Source: Octopus bimaculoides (lineage: Eukaryota). Taken from it: DNA of 56,151 nt. The stretch spans positions 45,711,101 through 45,767,251 of the forward strand of contig NC_068990.1 in assembly GCF_001194135.2 (NCBI RefSeq). The letters run 5' to 3'. The notes beneath the pieces were generated by a model that made no database searches, was not told the origin of the DNA, and saw only the letters and a list, made by a program, of their open reading frames with translations. Shown piece after piece: positions 14,896-26,662 of the stretch. The position numbers were made by a program, and so were the translations under genes. How positions within the stretch are numbered: the first letter of the stretch is position 1; each line of letters starts with the position of its first letter.

Positions 14896-15060
14896 GGCAC
14901 AGGAGTGGCTGTGTGGTAAGTAGCTTGCTTACCAACCACATGGTTCTGGGTTCAGTCCCATTGCATGGCACCCTGGGCAAGTGTCTTCTACTATAGCCTC
15001 AGACTGACCAATGTCTTGTGAGTGGATTAGGTAGATGGAAACTGAAAGAAGCCTATTGTG

Positions 15061-15092
<32 letters not shown>

Positions 15093-15290
15093 CTTGTCCC
15101 CCCACCATTGCTTGACAACCGATGCTGGGGAGTTTACATTCCCGTAACTTAGCAGTTCGGCAAATGACACTGATAGAATAAGTACTAGGCTTACAGAGAA
15201 TAAGTCCTGGGGTCGATTTGCTTGACTAAAGGTGGTGCTCCAGCATGGCCACAGTCAAATGACTGAAACCAGTAAAATTTCAAGAGATAA
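14896..15290 (+). mobile_element. Second copy of the same SINE, directly downstream
   Basis: High similarity to 14447-14880 and 52653-52980. Confidence 0.75.
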
Positions 15291-18200
15291 GACACCAAAC
15301 CAGACACTGCAAAAATTTCTTGATTTTTTTTTTTTTTTAAATTCAAATCACCTAAGCTAGATAAATATATCCTACGTCAAAGCTAAACAAATAATACACA
15401 AAGGGCACAAATACTGCTTCCACACTAACATAAAATGTTTTGAAAATATTTCAACATCAGACACATCCTGAAACCAAAGACAGTTATTATTAAAACACTG
15501 ACTAGCATTATATATATTTATGTCATTCATAAAGCAATAAATCATGAAATATTTTCCATTTATTATTTCATGTTTATTTTCTATGCTAACATGAGTGAGA
15601 TGGTTTTTTATGAAAGCAATGCTTTTTTTCTTCTTTATTTACAGCTAGATGCCCATTCTACTCCTTACCACTTAACCGTGAAGTAGGAGCAATACAAGCC
15701 AGCCAGAGCTATGTGATGTGCCCGGAGGCATAACAATATTTGCATAAGGATTAAACTAATTAACTGTTGTCAATACTCTAGCACTGTAACTACACAAATG
15801 TCCTCCCTCGCAATTTAAAACAGCTATTTTGGTTTGTGTTGTAATTACTGTGCATCCCAAAGGTTAGGCCATCTCTTCATAATAAATAATGAATACTTCA
15901 GCATTGAACAGATGCTAACAAGTGTGATTCACAGTAGATGAGGCAGCTGCTTACACACACAATGATTATGATAATGTGCTGATAACAATAAACGTGTGTG
16001 TCATCTCATCTGTTAAGACTGTCTTATTTCATGCCAGATCTAACAAATTTATTCCAAGTTTTATTTAGTCTCATTCTCTTGTAGGTACCCATCTATAGGG
16101 AAGGGGATGAAAATACTCTACTTATGAAAAATACCTATGTTTATTAAGTTAAATTTTGGTTAGGGGCAATCAAGGAATAAAAAAGATTAAAATGTTGATA
16201 ACTTCTTTAATTTAAGAATTTGATTGAATAATAAACCGAAAATCACTCCAATATCACACACACACAATACAATTGCTATCATTAACACTCTGAAACAATA
16301 TTTCTTAAGGAGGTTTTAATACTCAATCAGAATGGTCAGAACCAAACATCCCTGAGCAACCGTCATTCAGGATGTGAGATATTTAAGGATAGCTTGTTTC
16401 AGGATATTAATAATAATATGTGTGGTGTGTGGTATTCTATGAAATGTATTTTTCATGTGGTTTTTCTCTTCCTCCTCTTCTGTAAATCATCTAAGTACAC
16501 CACACACACACACACACACTAAAATACAACTTATCTATGAGCCAACAAGAGGAGTCTCTATGTGGTTGCTCACCCTGCAAGAAATAGCAACAAAAACTCC
16601 TTCGAATTATACCCAACTATTTAAAAAAATCATACATTGAATATTGTAGCCCTAGATGCATTACTTGTAAAAATGATGAGATAGTCATAGTAACTAGCAC
16701 ATTTTTATCATAGAGGTCTGCTCAAACTGATACTAAACAACAAAATATTGCTTACCCACCTTAATGTACCAACAACTACTTATGCCTATTTTTCATAGGA
16801 AAAGGGTTGTATGCAAATTTAAACTTATTGATAGGCAACCAATACTTGCCCACTCTCAAGCTGAGTCCTCTGTCTGACTCATCTTTGTAATTTACATTGA
16901 TCTCTACTAATCAACTTTACACTATCCCATTTGATGGATTTGTTACTTTTCATCAGAAAGAATTTCAAATTACTACCAGATTCCAAACTAAGTAATTTCT
17001 TCACAGAACAACATGACAGAAACACTTTTTTTCCTCTCCTACACTTCAATTACATAAACCTCACCCAGCTATTGCAAATCTCTCAGTCTAGGGAGGTCAA
17101 TATAAAGACTTGGCACAAAGCATTCCTTATCCAAACTAACAAACTAGAGAAAATAGCCATTTAATATAATCCAGGATAATGTTATTAAATGGCTATTATC
17201 CCAATTGATGGGCTCCAAACTCTTCAATTAAAATTAATTATCAGCCAGCAATTATTATCAAAAAAGCTTTGTCTCAAACCCATAGCAATAAGCATCTCAT
17301 ACTGTAAACTGGTTTCTATCCATTACAATCACTCCTACTTTCTAAATCATCCTTATGTATAAGTATATAACAACTAGCTCTCTTTCTCTCCCCCACACAC
17401 ATCAAATGGCTCAATTTTAGAATTTTCTATTAATAAATAATACACAAAATATATCTAAATCTTAATTCTTGCTACACAAAAAAGATTGTAATATAAAATC
17501 CTAACAAAAAAAAAAAAAAAAAAATCCATCACATTCAATTACAAACTATTTGCCCAATGACCCAGGGCTTAAAACAAAGTAAGTAACCAAATCTACAACA
17601 CTGCCAAAATTCCTTCTCTTAACACTTAAAAAAAAGAATTCAGCATTGAACAGATGTGAGCACTTTAAAAATACAAATGTGATCTACATTAGAAATCTGG
17701 GATGGTGAGGTGCTCCACACACACATACACACTCCAAATCCATCAAAACAAGCCTTCAACCTTACTGGCTCACTCAACAACATGTCACAGCCCCTTTCTT
17801 TTACCTTTTACTTGTTTTAGTCATTAGACTGTAGCCCTGCTGTGATAATGCCTTGAAGTCAAACCAATCAACCCCACTACTTATTTTTTAAAGTCTATTG
17901 GTCTCTTTTGCCAAACTCCTAAGTTACAGGAACATAAAACAATACCAGTTGCCAAGCAGTGGAGGAAATATACAGGACTTAGATGTAATCATATCAAACG
18001 ATGCATCTTTCACCAGACATATCACCAAACTGACCTCTAAATGCAGATATCTTAAATGATGGATCCTATGAACCTTCATGACAAGAGGTCTGGTAGTCCT
18101 GTTGACTATATTACAGGGAACATCCAAAAGCTCTGAGTCTCTACTCTCTTGAATGCTGAAGAAAGAGATATACTATTATATATGTATGGAAAATACTGGA

Positions 18201-18339
18201 ATGGCATGTTTCAAACTTCAGCATTAGAGAGAATTTTAATACATGAACTGATAGATACTGTCAGCTTCCAAATATACCATCTTTGAAATTGCAAGCAAAA
18301 ATACTCTATTGTACTAGTTTGATATGTAGAGGTCCTCAA

Positions 18340-18617
18340 TTGTTCAACTGATTCTAATTCTCCCCCTCTTTTTTACTTTCTTGTTTTCCGGTATTTTCAA
18401 CCTTCCACCTTCCTTTTCTCTTATTCTATTGTCCTGTTTTAGCTTGTTATGCATGTGGACAGAGCCTGAGGATTGTGTGAAGACACCAGATGCGTTATAA
18501 AATGCTGAGTTGTTTTCATCACATGAAACTATTAGTAGCTCATAAAAATATATACTGTGTTTATTAAATAATATTTATCTTTCACCAGATGGAGTACTTT
18601 TTTGTTGATAGTGTACA

Positions 18618-18620
<3 letters not shown>
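18340..18620 (+). mobile_element. Solo Penelope-like terminal repeat (pLTR-like tail)
   Basis: Shares ctattagtagc and taaataat...ttatct...accagatggagtacttttttg.tga with the 3' tail of the GIY-YIG-bearing element at 52.5 kb. Confidence 0.65.
18462..18541 (+). ncRNA. Type I hammerhead ribozyme motif with intact core
   Basis: GAGC-CUGAGGA-long stem II-GAAA-CU(AUU)AG-UA-GCUC. Stem I GAGC/GCUC is perfect. Predicted cleavage is after A18537. Confidence 0.72.
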
Positions 18621-18652
<32 letters not shown>

Positions 18653-18879
18653 ACACATTCACATATATAAAACAAGCTTTCAGTTTCCATTCATTCACAA
18701 GGCATTGGTCAGCCTGTGGTGACAATAGAAAACATTTATCCAAGGCACCATGCAGTGGGACTGAACCTGAAATTTTATGGGGCGGAGGCTAGTCAATTAC
18801 ACTGAACCAGAATACCTAATTAACACTTTATTCTATCAATATTAAGTAGTAGTAGTAGTAGTAGTAATAGTAGTAATAC

Positions 18880-19070
18880 AAGGCCTGAAATTTTGGGGAT
18901 GGGGACAGTTGATTACACTGACTCCAGTGCTCAAATGGTACTTATTTTATTGGCCCCAGAAGGATGAAAGGCAAAGTCAACTTTAGCAGTGTTTGAACTA
19001 AGAACAATGACAGACAAAATGTTGCTAGGCATTTTGCTTTTTGTGCTAACAATTCTGTTGGCTTATCACC
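18880..19070 (-). mobile_element. Second SINE family (ggcggcgagctggcagaa head; gtcgactttgcctttcatcctttc core)
   Basis: Related copies at ~20265-20460, 28665-28870 and 40140-40335 (minus), ~49410-49625 (plus), and partial copies at ~5995-6200 and 31590-31710. Confidence 0.7.
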
Positions 19071-19289
19071 TTAAACATCAGATGAAGGAGACATTATCAG
19101 CACATTCAACAATCTGTGGGAGTTTACACAAAAAATGAGGAGAGGAGAGGAAATAATATAACAGTTATACATAGTATACAAAATCTATGAATACATCTAA
19201 GATGCAGTCTTCATTATAAAGGAGAACTTCCAACTAGGGCCAATCAAGGAACCCCACAGATACAAGATCTCTCTGACCACCAAGGGCAC

Positions 19290-19870
19290 AAACCCACTCC
19301 CAACTGTTGATCTCCAATCTATAGGTACATGCTTAAAGTAGACCCATTTATCCTAACCATTTTCGCCACAGATACCTTTTGACAAATTCATCAAGAGAAC
19401 ACTTCCTTTTCCACATTCACTTTCCTTCCCAAGTGGGACTTGAAAAAGTTGATATGGATTTAACTGATAAGGAAGTTAGCTGTCCTCACTCCTTTCAACT
19501 TTGTCCACCATACAACCTCCTATGCCATAGCCACTAGACAGAGGAGCACTGCTTACCCTGCCTTGTTAAAAGTGGGTAGCGGGGTGGTCCCCAAAATAGA
19601 CTTGGTTAGCCCTCACAATGAACTTGTTCTACATGCAACAGTAGCTGTTCAACATCACCCCACAAGTCAGCAATGCTCAGGCACTACAGGAGTGTGTACT
19701 GTATAGTTTCATCACTCAGCACAATTCTCAAGCAATCCCTCCTGACAGCACTTCCATGCCTGTGGAGTTTATCCTGAGTCAGTAGAGACCTTCTGTAGAA
19801 CTGCCAACCAGGGACCCCGGGAAGTTATCCATAGTGGTGCCTCCCACGAAAGTCCTCTGGGAAAATAATT
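19290..19870 (-). mobile_element. L1/Tx1-like LINE 3' fragment
   Basis: Minus translation CLRIVLSDETIQYTLL*CLSIADLWGDVEQLL resembles a degenerate C-terminal CCHC (C-x2-C...ET-x2-H-x4-C...W) motif of L1/Tx1 ORF2. Confidence 0.45.
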
Positions 19871-21610
19871 ATGGTTCCTAATTTAAGCCTGCAGTCTTCA
19901 GGGGAAAGTTTAGTTGACTAGTATTTGACTGAAAATATTTTTTACTCACCCAGAAGGATGAAAAGCAAAATTGACATTAGCAAGATTTGAACTCAGAATA
20001 TAAAGAGCCAGATAAAAATATTGTAAGGCATTTTTCAAATGCTCTAATAATTCTGCTAGTTCACAACTCTCATCATCATAATAAAGGTTTCAAATATTGG
20101 CACAGGGCCAGAAATTTTAGGGGAGTGACTAAACTGGTACTTATTATATCATTAAACTCAGAATGTAATGGGTCAGAAGAAATATTGCTAAGCATTTTTT
20201 CTAACACAGTAACAATTTTGCCATGCCTCCTGCTTAAATAATAATAAACCTTTCTACTTATAGGCACAAGGCTTGAAATGTGGGGGAGAGGAATAGTTGA
20301 TTACATCGACCCCCGTGTTTCATTGGTACTTAATTTATCAACCCTGAAAGGATGAAAGGCAAAGTCGACCTTAGCAGAATTTGAACTCAGAACGTAGTGG
20401 TAGACAAAATACAACTAAGCATTCTGTCTGGTGTGCTAACAATTCTGCCAGCTCGCCACCTTAAATAATAAAAATAATAATAATAGAGTTAAACAATCAG
20501 CTATGAATTCGTACTTGACTCAGTGTTTAATCACTTTTCCTTGATAAGCACTACATATAAATTTCTTTCTGGAAAATCTCAGAGACTTGTTTGGTTTAGA
20601 GAAAGAAATATTACAGTTATGTACAACTACATACCATTGTATAGAGTTTTCATTCCAAAAGATTCAATCCCAAAGGAATTTTTTTTTTTCAAATATAGCA
20701 TAGGGAACATGTGACTCGGGTTGCCAATTTCTATAACTGAATCTAAACCATACATACAGCTTCTTCGTGATATTTCTGGATAGCAATATTAGTCAAGAAA
20801 GAATCAGGGCAGAAGAGTTTATTTTTTAAATGAAATATAAATCATTTAGATATCTACTGATCTCAAAAATCCAAACGATTAGTATGGTGACCTTTATATA
20901 TGATTTACTAATACAAGCGTATTTATATCAGTTTTTAATACAGTTATTTGTGTGTATGTATACTTAGAGAAATGGCACTAGAATAGTAGCACATAAACAA
21001 TAACCATCAGTAGAAGGATTAACAAAAAGGTCTTTGAATTTCCCAGAAAACAAAAAATTATTAATAGTCAGCTGGAAAATAAATGAATAAGCAGGTATCA
21101 GTTGTAATATATCAGTATTAAAAGGAAGAGGAATAATGTTAAAAATGAAATAAACACCCACTCATAGAATGTAAGCTATGGTACAGCTTCTAAATTATAC
21201 AGAAGTATAAGCAAGCAGTAATATCATATAAGCTATTGAGTCATTGAAATACTATCACAGATGTTTTTATGTAATGATTCAGAAGATATATGAGTAGTTT
21301 CCCATTAATTTTAAATTTGGAGTTCAGCATCATCATCATCGTTTTAATATCCATTTTTCTAGCTTGCAATGTGTCAGACAGAATTTATTGAAGCAGATTT
21401 TCTACAGTCAAATGTCTTTCCTGTTGCCAACCCTCACTCGTTTCTAAGCAAGGCAATATTTCCTCATGACCAGTCAAGTTTTCATGGGAAATTGGAAATG
21501 AATTACACTGCTTATATGACAGTGACACTTGTTTCCAACTATCACACAATGCCAAGACAATGCAGCATAAACACACATAGATATATGTACCCACACACAC
21601 ACATATATAT

Positions 21611-22420
21611 CAGTGGCGACTCTGACACTCGGGCTGTTTGGGCTTAGCCCGAGTATAAATTTGGTAAAGCGAACGTATATTTGCAAGCTGATTTAATTTC
21701 TGCCAACACTGACTTCAAGTATGTAATTGCACCCCATAACTCGAGCTCCTTTTATTGAGCCTGATCACAATTCATTTATTTTCATTCAGCATCTGGCAGT
21801 TGTCTTAGAGGTGCCCTGAGTCAAAAATATCATTCATAGCAGATGTTCTCTTGACATTGTTCACACACACCTGACTTGGGGCTCAGAAGTTACAGCCTGA
21901 GTTGTTATCTATAATCACAAAAATTAAAAGTAATCCAAGTTCAATGTTTCCTTGAAACAAATTTCTATAGAGATTAGGATTTAAATTCCATTCTACAATA
22001 TTCTTAAAGGAACAAAAAATTATCCAGCAACTTGGGCTAATACAAATGAGCTTGGTAGGTGTTAAAGACTAACTGACATCTCTTGTCAAGAGTGCAGGTG
22101 ACAGATCACCGATGTTTGTTGTGAACTCCGTTATCGATATTTGATCACTGTTATTCTGTGTCTGGGTGTAAAGACCAGTTGTGTTTTGCAGGGTTGCTTT
22201 ATTTTTACCCTTAACTTAGAAATGAAGACATAGAGCTAGATATTAAAAAAAAAAAGCCATTTGGAGCTAGAAATATTGTGGAAAAAATGTGAAACTCTTT
22301 GAGTAGGCATGTGTCTTATGCGAAATCTGTGAAGAGCTTGAGTGATGAAATCTGTGAAGAGCTTGAGTGATGAAATCTGTGATGAGCCCGAGTGACACTG
22401 ATGACCTGGAGTCGCCTCTG
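21611..22420. mobile_element. 810-bp non-autonomous hAT-like element
   Basis: TIR CAG(T/A)GGCGACTC. Flanks ATATATAT and ATATAGAT form an 8-bp TSD with a 7/8 match. Subterminal ctcgggct/agcccgag motifs and three 25-bp tandem repeats at 22322-22396. Confidence 0.72.
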
Positions 22421-22436
22421 ATATAGATTATATATC

Positions 22437-23208
22437 ATCATCGTCGTTTAACGTCTACTTTCCATGCTGGCATGAGTTGGATGGTTTGACTGAGGGCTGG
22501 CGAGCCAGAAGGCTGCACCAGGCTCCAATCCGATCTGGCAATGTTTCTACAGCTGGATGCCCTTCCTAATGCCAACCACTCCAAGAGTGTAGTGGGTGCT
22601 TTTTACGCGCCACCGGCATGACGGCCAGTCAGGCGGTACTGGCATTGGCCATGCTTGAATGGTGCTTTTTATGTGCCACCAGCACGGGAGCCAGTCAGGC
22701 GGCACTGGCAATGATCATGCTCGAATGGTGCTTTTTACATGCCACCAAGCACAGGACCAGTCAGGCGATATATATATATATATCATCATCATCATCATCA
22801 TCGTTTAACGTCCGCTTTCCATGCTAGCATGGGTTGGACGATTTGACTGAGGACTGGTGAAACCGGATGGCAACACCAGGCTCCAATCTAAATTTGGCAG
22901 AGTTTCTACAGCTGGATGCCCTTCCTAACGCCAACCACTCAGAGAGTGTAGTAGGTGCTTTTACGTGTCACCTGCACGAAGGCCAGTCAGGCGATACTGG
23001 CAATGGCCATGCTCGAAATGGTGTCTTTTATGTGCCACCCACACAAGCCAGTCCAGGGGCATTGGCAACGATCTCGCTCGAAAATCCTACGAAGGCCAGT
23101 CAGACGGTACTGGCAATGGCCACGCTCAAAATGGTGCATCTTATGTGCCACCCGCACAAGAACCAGTCCAGGGGCACTGGCAACGATCTTACTTGGCTTG
23201 CCGGGTCA
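22437..23208 (-). mobile_element. Two adjacent 5'-truncated RTE 3'-UTR copies with (GAT)n tails
   Basis: Both begin catcatcatcgtttaacgtc...ttccatgct on the plus strand (~22437 and ~22783), which matches the 3' end of the RTE copies at 24543 and 43670. Both contain ~66-bp internal repeats. Confidence 0.8.
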
Positions 23209-24009
23209 TATATATATATATATACATATATATATGACTGACTGCTTTCATTTTCCTAGCTAATTATACTACATACAGGTTTAGACAAAAGTCACCTGAC
23301 AGTAAATCAAAACCATTTAATTCCAAGATTTATTTATGTTTAATTACTGAATGAATTTAATAAAAGCATCTAAATATGAAACATGAAATGAAAATTGTTC
23401 AAGCTGAAGTCCTTCTTGAGCCACACATTTTTCCATTCGAGTCAATACAGAATTACAGATAGTATTTATGGTATTTTGATTTACTGTTGGCTGACTTTTG
23501 GCCAAACCTGTATATACTTTGTGGCTGGCTTATAGTCATAAACTGTACCACCTATAATGTACCACATACACTCATAGAGAAGTGAATTTTTTTACTCAAA
23601 AAAATGAGTGTGAAAAATTGCATGTGATTTATCAACTAGATTTTATCTAGGTTTGAAATTTGCAGTGCACACTGACACACACACCAACAAAATGTGTGTG
23701 TAGGGCAGGTTGGTCATGCCACTTGTCAGTTTGTTCACTTTTACATCTGTTTTTCCATGCTCTCATTGGTTAAAAGAAATTTGTTGGGGCAATCTTTCTA
23801 CTGCCACCTCTTGCTTGTTTTCCTAATAAGGTTTTTTTTTTTCACTTCATAGTTTCTCACACACTGAATCTAGGTTGTTTCTGAACCATGCAGTCTCAGG
23901 CCCAGTCCCACTGTGTGATACCTTGAGCAAGTGTCTTCCACTTGTGAGTTGATTTGGTAGATATATGTGTGTGTACAATATGTGTATGCGTATATATATA
24001 TATATATAT

Positions 24010-24517
24010 NNNNNNNNNNNNNNNNNNNNNNNNNNNNNNNNNNNNNNNNNNNNNNNNNNNNNNNNNNNNNNNNNNNNNNNNNNNNNNNNNNNNNNNNNNN
24101 NNNNNNNNNNNNNNNNNNNNNNNNNNNNNNNNNNNNNNNNNNNNNNNNNNNNNNNNNNNNNNNNNNNNNNNNNNNNNNNNNNNNNNNNNNNNNNNNNNNN
24201 NNNNNNNNNNNNNNNNNNNNNNNNNNNNNNNNNNNNNNNNNNNNNNNNNNNNNNNNNNNNNNNNNNNNNNNNNNNNNNNNNNNNNNNNNNNNNNNNNNNN
24301 NNNNNNNNNNNNNNNNNNNNNNNNNNNNNNNNNNNNNNNNNNNNNNNNNNNNNNNNNNNNNNNNNNNNNNNNNNNNNNNNNNNNNNNNNNNNNNNNNNNN
24401 NNNNNNNNNNNNNNNNNNNNNNNNNNNNNNNNNNNNNNNNNNNNNNNNNNNNNNNNNNNNNNNNNNNNNNNNNNNNNNNNNNNNNNNNNNNNNNNNNNNN
24501 NNNNNNNNNNNNNNNNN
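24010..24517. other. Assembly gap. Other gaps: 35646-36191, 39407-39542, 45425-45966, 50814-50986, 53031-53453
   Basis: N runs, most of them abutting (TA)n microsatellites. Confidence 0.98.
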
Positions 24518-24542
24518 TATATATATATATATATATATATAT

Positions 24543-26662
24543 CTCATCATCATCATTTAAAGTCTGCTTTCCATGCTGGCATGGGTTGGACGGTTTGACT
24601 GGGGGCTGGCAAGCCAGAAGACTGCACCAGGTTCCAATCTCATCTGGCAAAGTTTCTACAGCTGAATGCCCTTCTTAATGCCAACCACTCCAAGAGTGTA
24701 GTGGGTGCTTTTTATGTGCTACAGGTACAAGGGCCAGTCAGGCGGTACTGGCATTGACCACGCTTGAATAGTGCTTTTTACATGCCACCAGCATGGGAGC
24801 CAGTCAGGCAGCACTGGCAATGAACATACTCGAATGCTGCTTTTTGCATGCCACTGGCACGGGAGCCAGTTATGTGGCACTGGCAATGATCATGCTCAAA
24901 TGGTACTTTTAATATGCCACTGGCATGGGTGCCAATCAGGCGGTACTGTCATCAGCAATGACAATGATGTCACTTGCCTCAACAGGTCTTCGCAAGCACA
25001 ATTTATTGCCCAATGATTGAAGGGTACTCTTCAATGGGCTGGTTATGCTGCACTGGCATAGGCCACAGACAGTTACGGTCTCACTTAGCTTGCTGGGTCT
25101 TCTCAAGCACAGCATATCTCCAAAGGTCTCGGTCACTTGTCATTGCCTCAGTGAGGCTCAATGTTCGAGGGTTGTGCTTCACCACTTCACCCCAGATCTT
25201 CCTGGATCTACCACTTCCAGAGGTTCCTTCTGCTGCTAGAGTGTGAGACTTTTTCACACAGCTGTCCTCATCCATACGCAACACATGACCATACCAGTGC
25301 AGTCATATCTCTTACACATTTGATGCTTATGTCCAACTTTTCCCTCAGGACGCTTACCCTCTATCATGTACACACTGACATTACACATCCAGTGGAGCAT
25401 ACTGGCTCCATTCCTTGCAAGCTTATGCATGTCCTCAGCAGTCACAGCCCATGCTTTAACTGCCATGTAGCATGGTTGTTCGCACACATGCGTCATACAG
25501 TCTACCTTTTACTCTGAGCGAGAGGCCCTTTGTCACCAGCTCTCTGAACTTTGCCCAATCTATTCTTATTCTAGCAGCTACACTTTCAGAGCATCCACCC
25601 TTGCTACTGACTTGGTCACCTAGGTAACGGAAGCTATCGACTACTTCTAGTTTTTCTTCTGGGAATGTGACCGAAGTTGTTTTCTGCACATTTTCAGTGT
25701 TTATTGCTCCTGAACATCTGCCACATACAAAAACTATCTTCCCAGTTAGCCTTCCTTTGATATTGCTGCACCTCTTATGTGTCTATAGCATACACTGGGT
25801 ACATTTTATGGAATTTCTATCTACGCCTTTCCTACAGCCTGAGCACGGCCATCTACCTGAAGGGATTTGTGGTTTGTCTGTCTTCCTACTTATTAAGACT
25901 TTTTTGCTAGATTGAAGGCCCTTCGATCCTAGACCTTCCTTCCACACCTGAAACATCTCTAGTTCTGATAGTGACTCAGCTATTAGAGTGAGGTCATCAG
26001 CATAGAGGAGCTCCCAGGGCATCCTGTCTTGAATTCCTCTGTTATTGCCTGGAGGACTATGATGAATAAAAGGGGGCTGAGGACTGAACCTTGGTGGACC
26101 CCTACTTCTACCCGGAATTCTTCACAGTACTCGTTGCCAACCCTCACCTTACTAACGTCTCTGTACATGGCTCACACAGCTCTCACTAACCATTCTTCTA
26201 TCCCTAGTTTCCTCAATGACCACCAGATAAAGGATCAGGGGACCCTGTCAAAGGCTTTCTCCATGTCAATGAAAACTAGGTACAGAGGTTTATCTTTGGC
26301 TAGATGTTTCTCCTGCAGCTGTCTTACCAGAAATATAGCATCAGTGGTGCTTTTCCCTGGCACAAACCCAAACTGCATCTCGTCTAGACTGACTCTCTCC
26401 CTAATTAGTTGGGCTATGACCCTCTCTGTGACTTTCATTACCTGATCCAATAACTTGTTACCTCTGTAATTATTTGTATCTAATGCATTGTCTTTACCTA
26501 GCAATTAACTATGGTGCTGCTACACTAGTCATTGGGTATGACTCCGTCATGTTGACTAGACTTTCGCTGACTCTACCAGATATTTGAAGCATCTCTGCAG
26601 TGATTCCCGATGGACCAGAGACTTTCCCTGTCTTCATACTCTTAATTGCTTTATCTACCAAG
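24543..26662 (-). mobile_element. 5'-truncated RTE-clade LINE: RT, C-terminus, 3' UTR and (GAT)n tail; frameshifted
   Basis: Reads NNYRG, QFGFVPGKSTTDAIF, FIDMEKAFDRVP, VGVHQGSVLSPLLF, WELLYADDL and FRYLG. Confidence 0.92.

Noticed and set aside
15620-15735. Apparent plus-strand splice acceptor (ttttttcttctttatttacag) followed by a short open frame
   Set aside because: The reverse strand matches a decayed gaagggcatccagctgtaga repeat, and no protein similarity is evident.
23847-24678. Long ORFs spanning N runs (also at 35.6, 39.3, 45.3, 50.8 and 52.6-53.7 kb)
   Set aside because: Their length comes from untranslatable N gaps and flanking (TA)n or SINE sequence.
22437-26662. Regularly spaced ~66-bp repeats resembling a CRISPR-like array
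   Set aside because: These are degenerate head-to-tail tandem units within LINE 3' UTRs of a eukaryote, with no unique spacers or cas genes.
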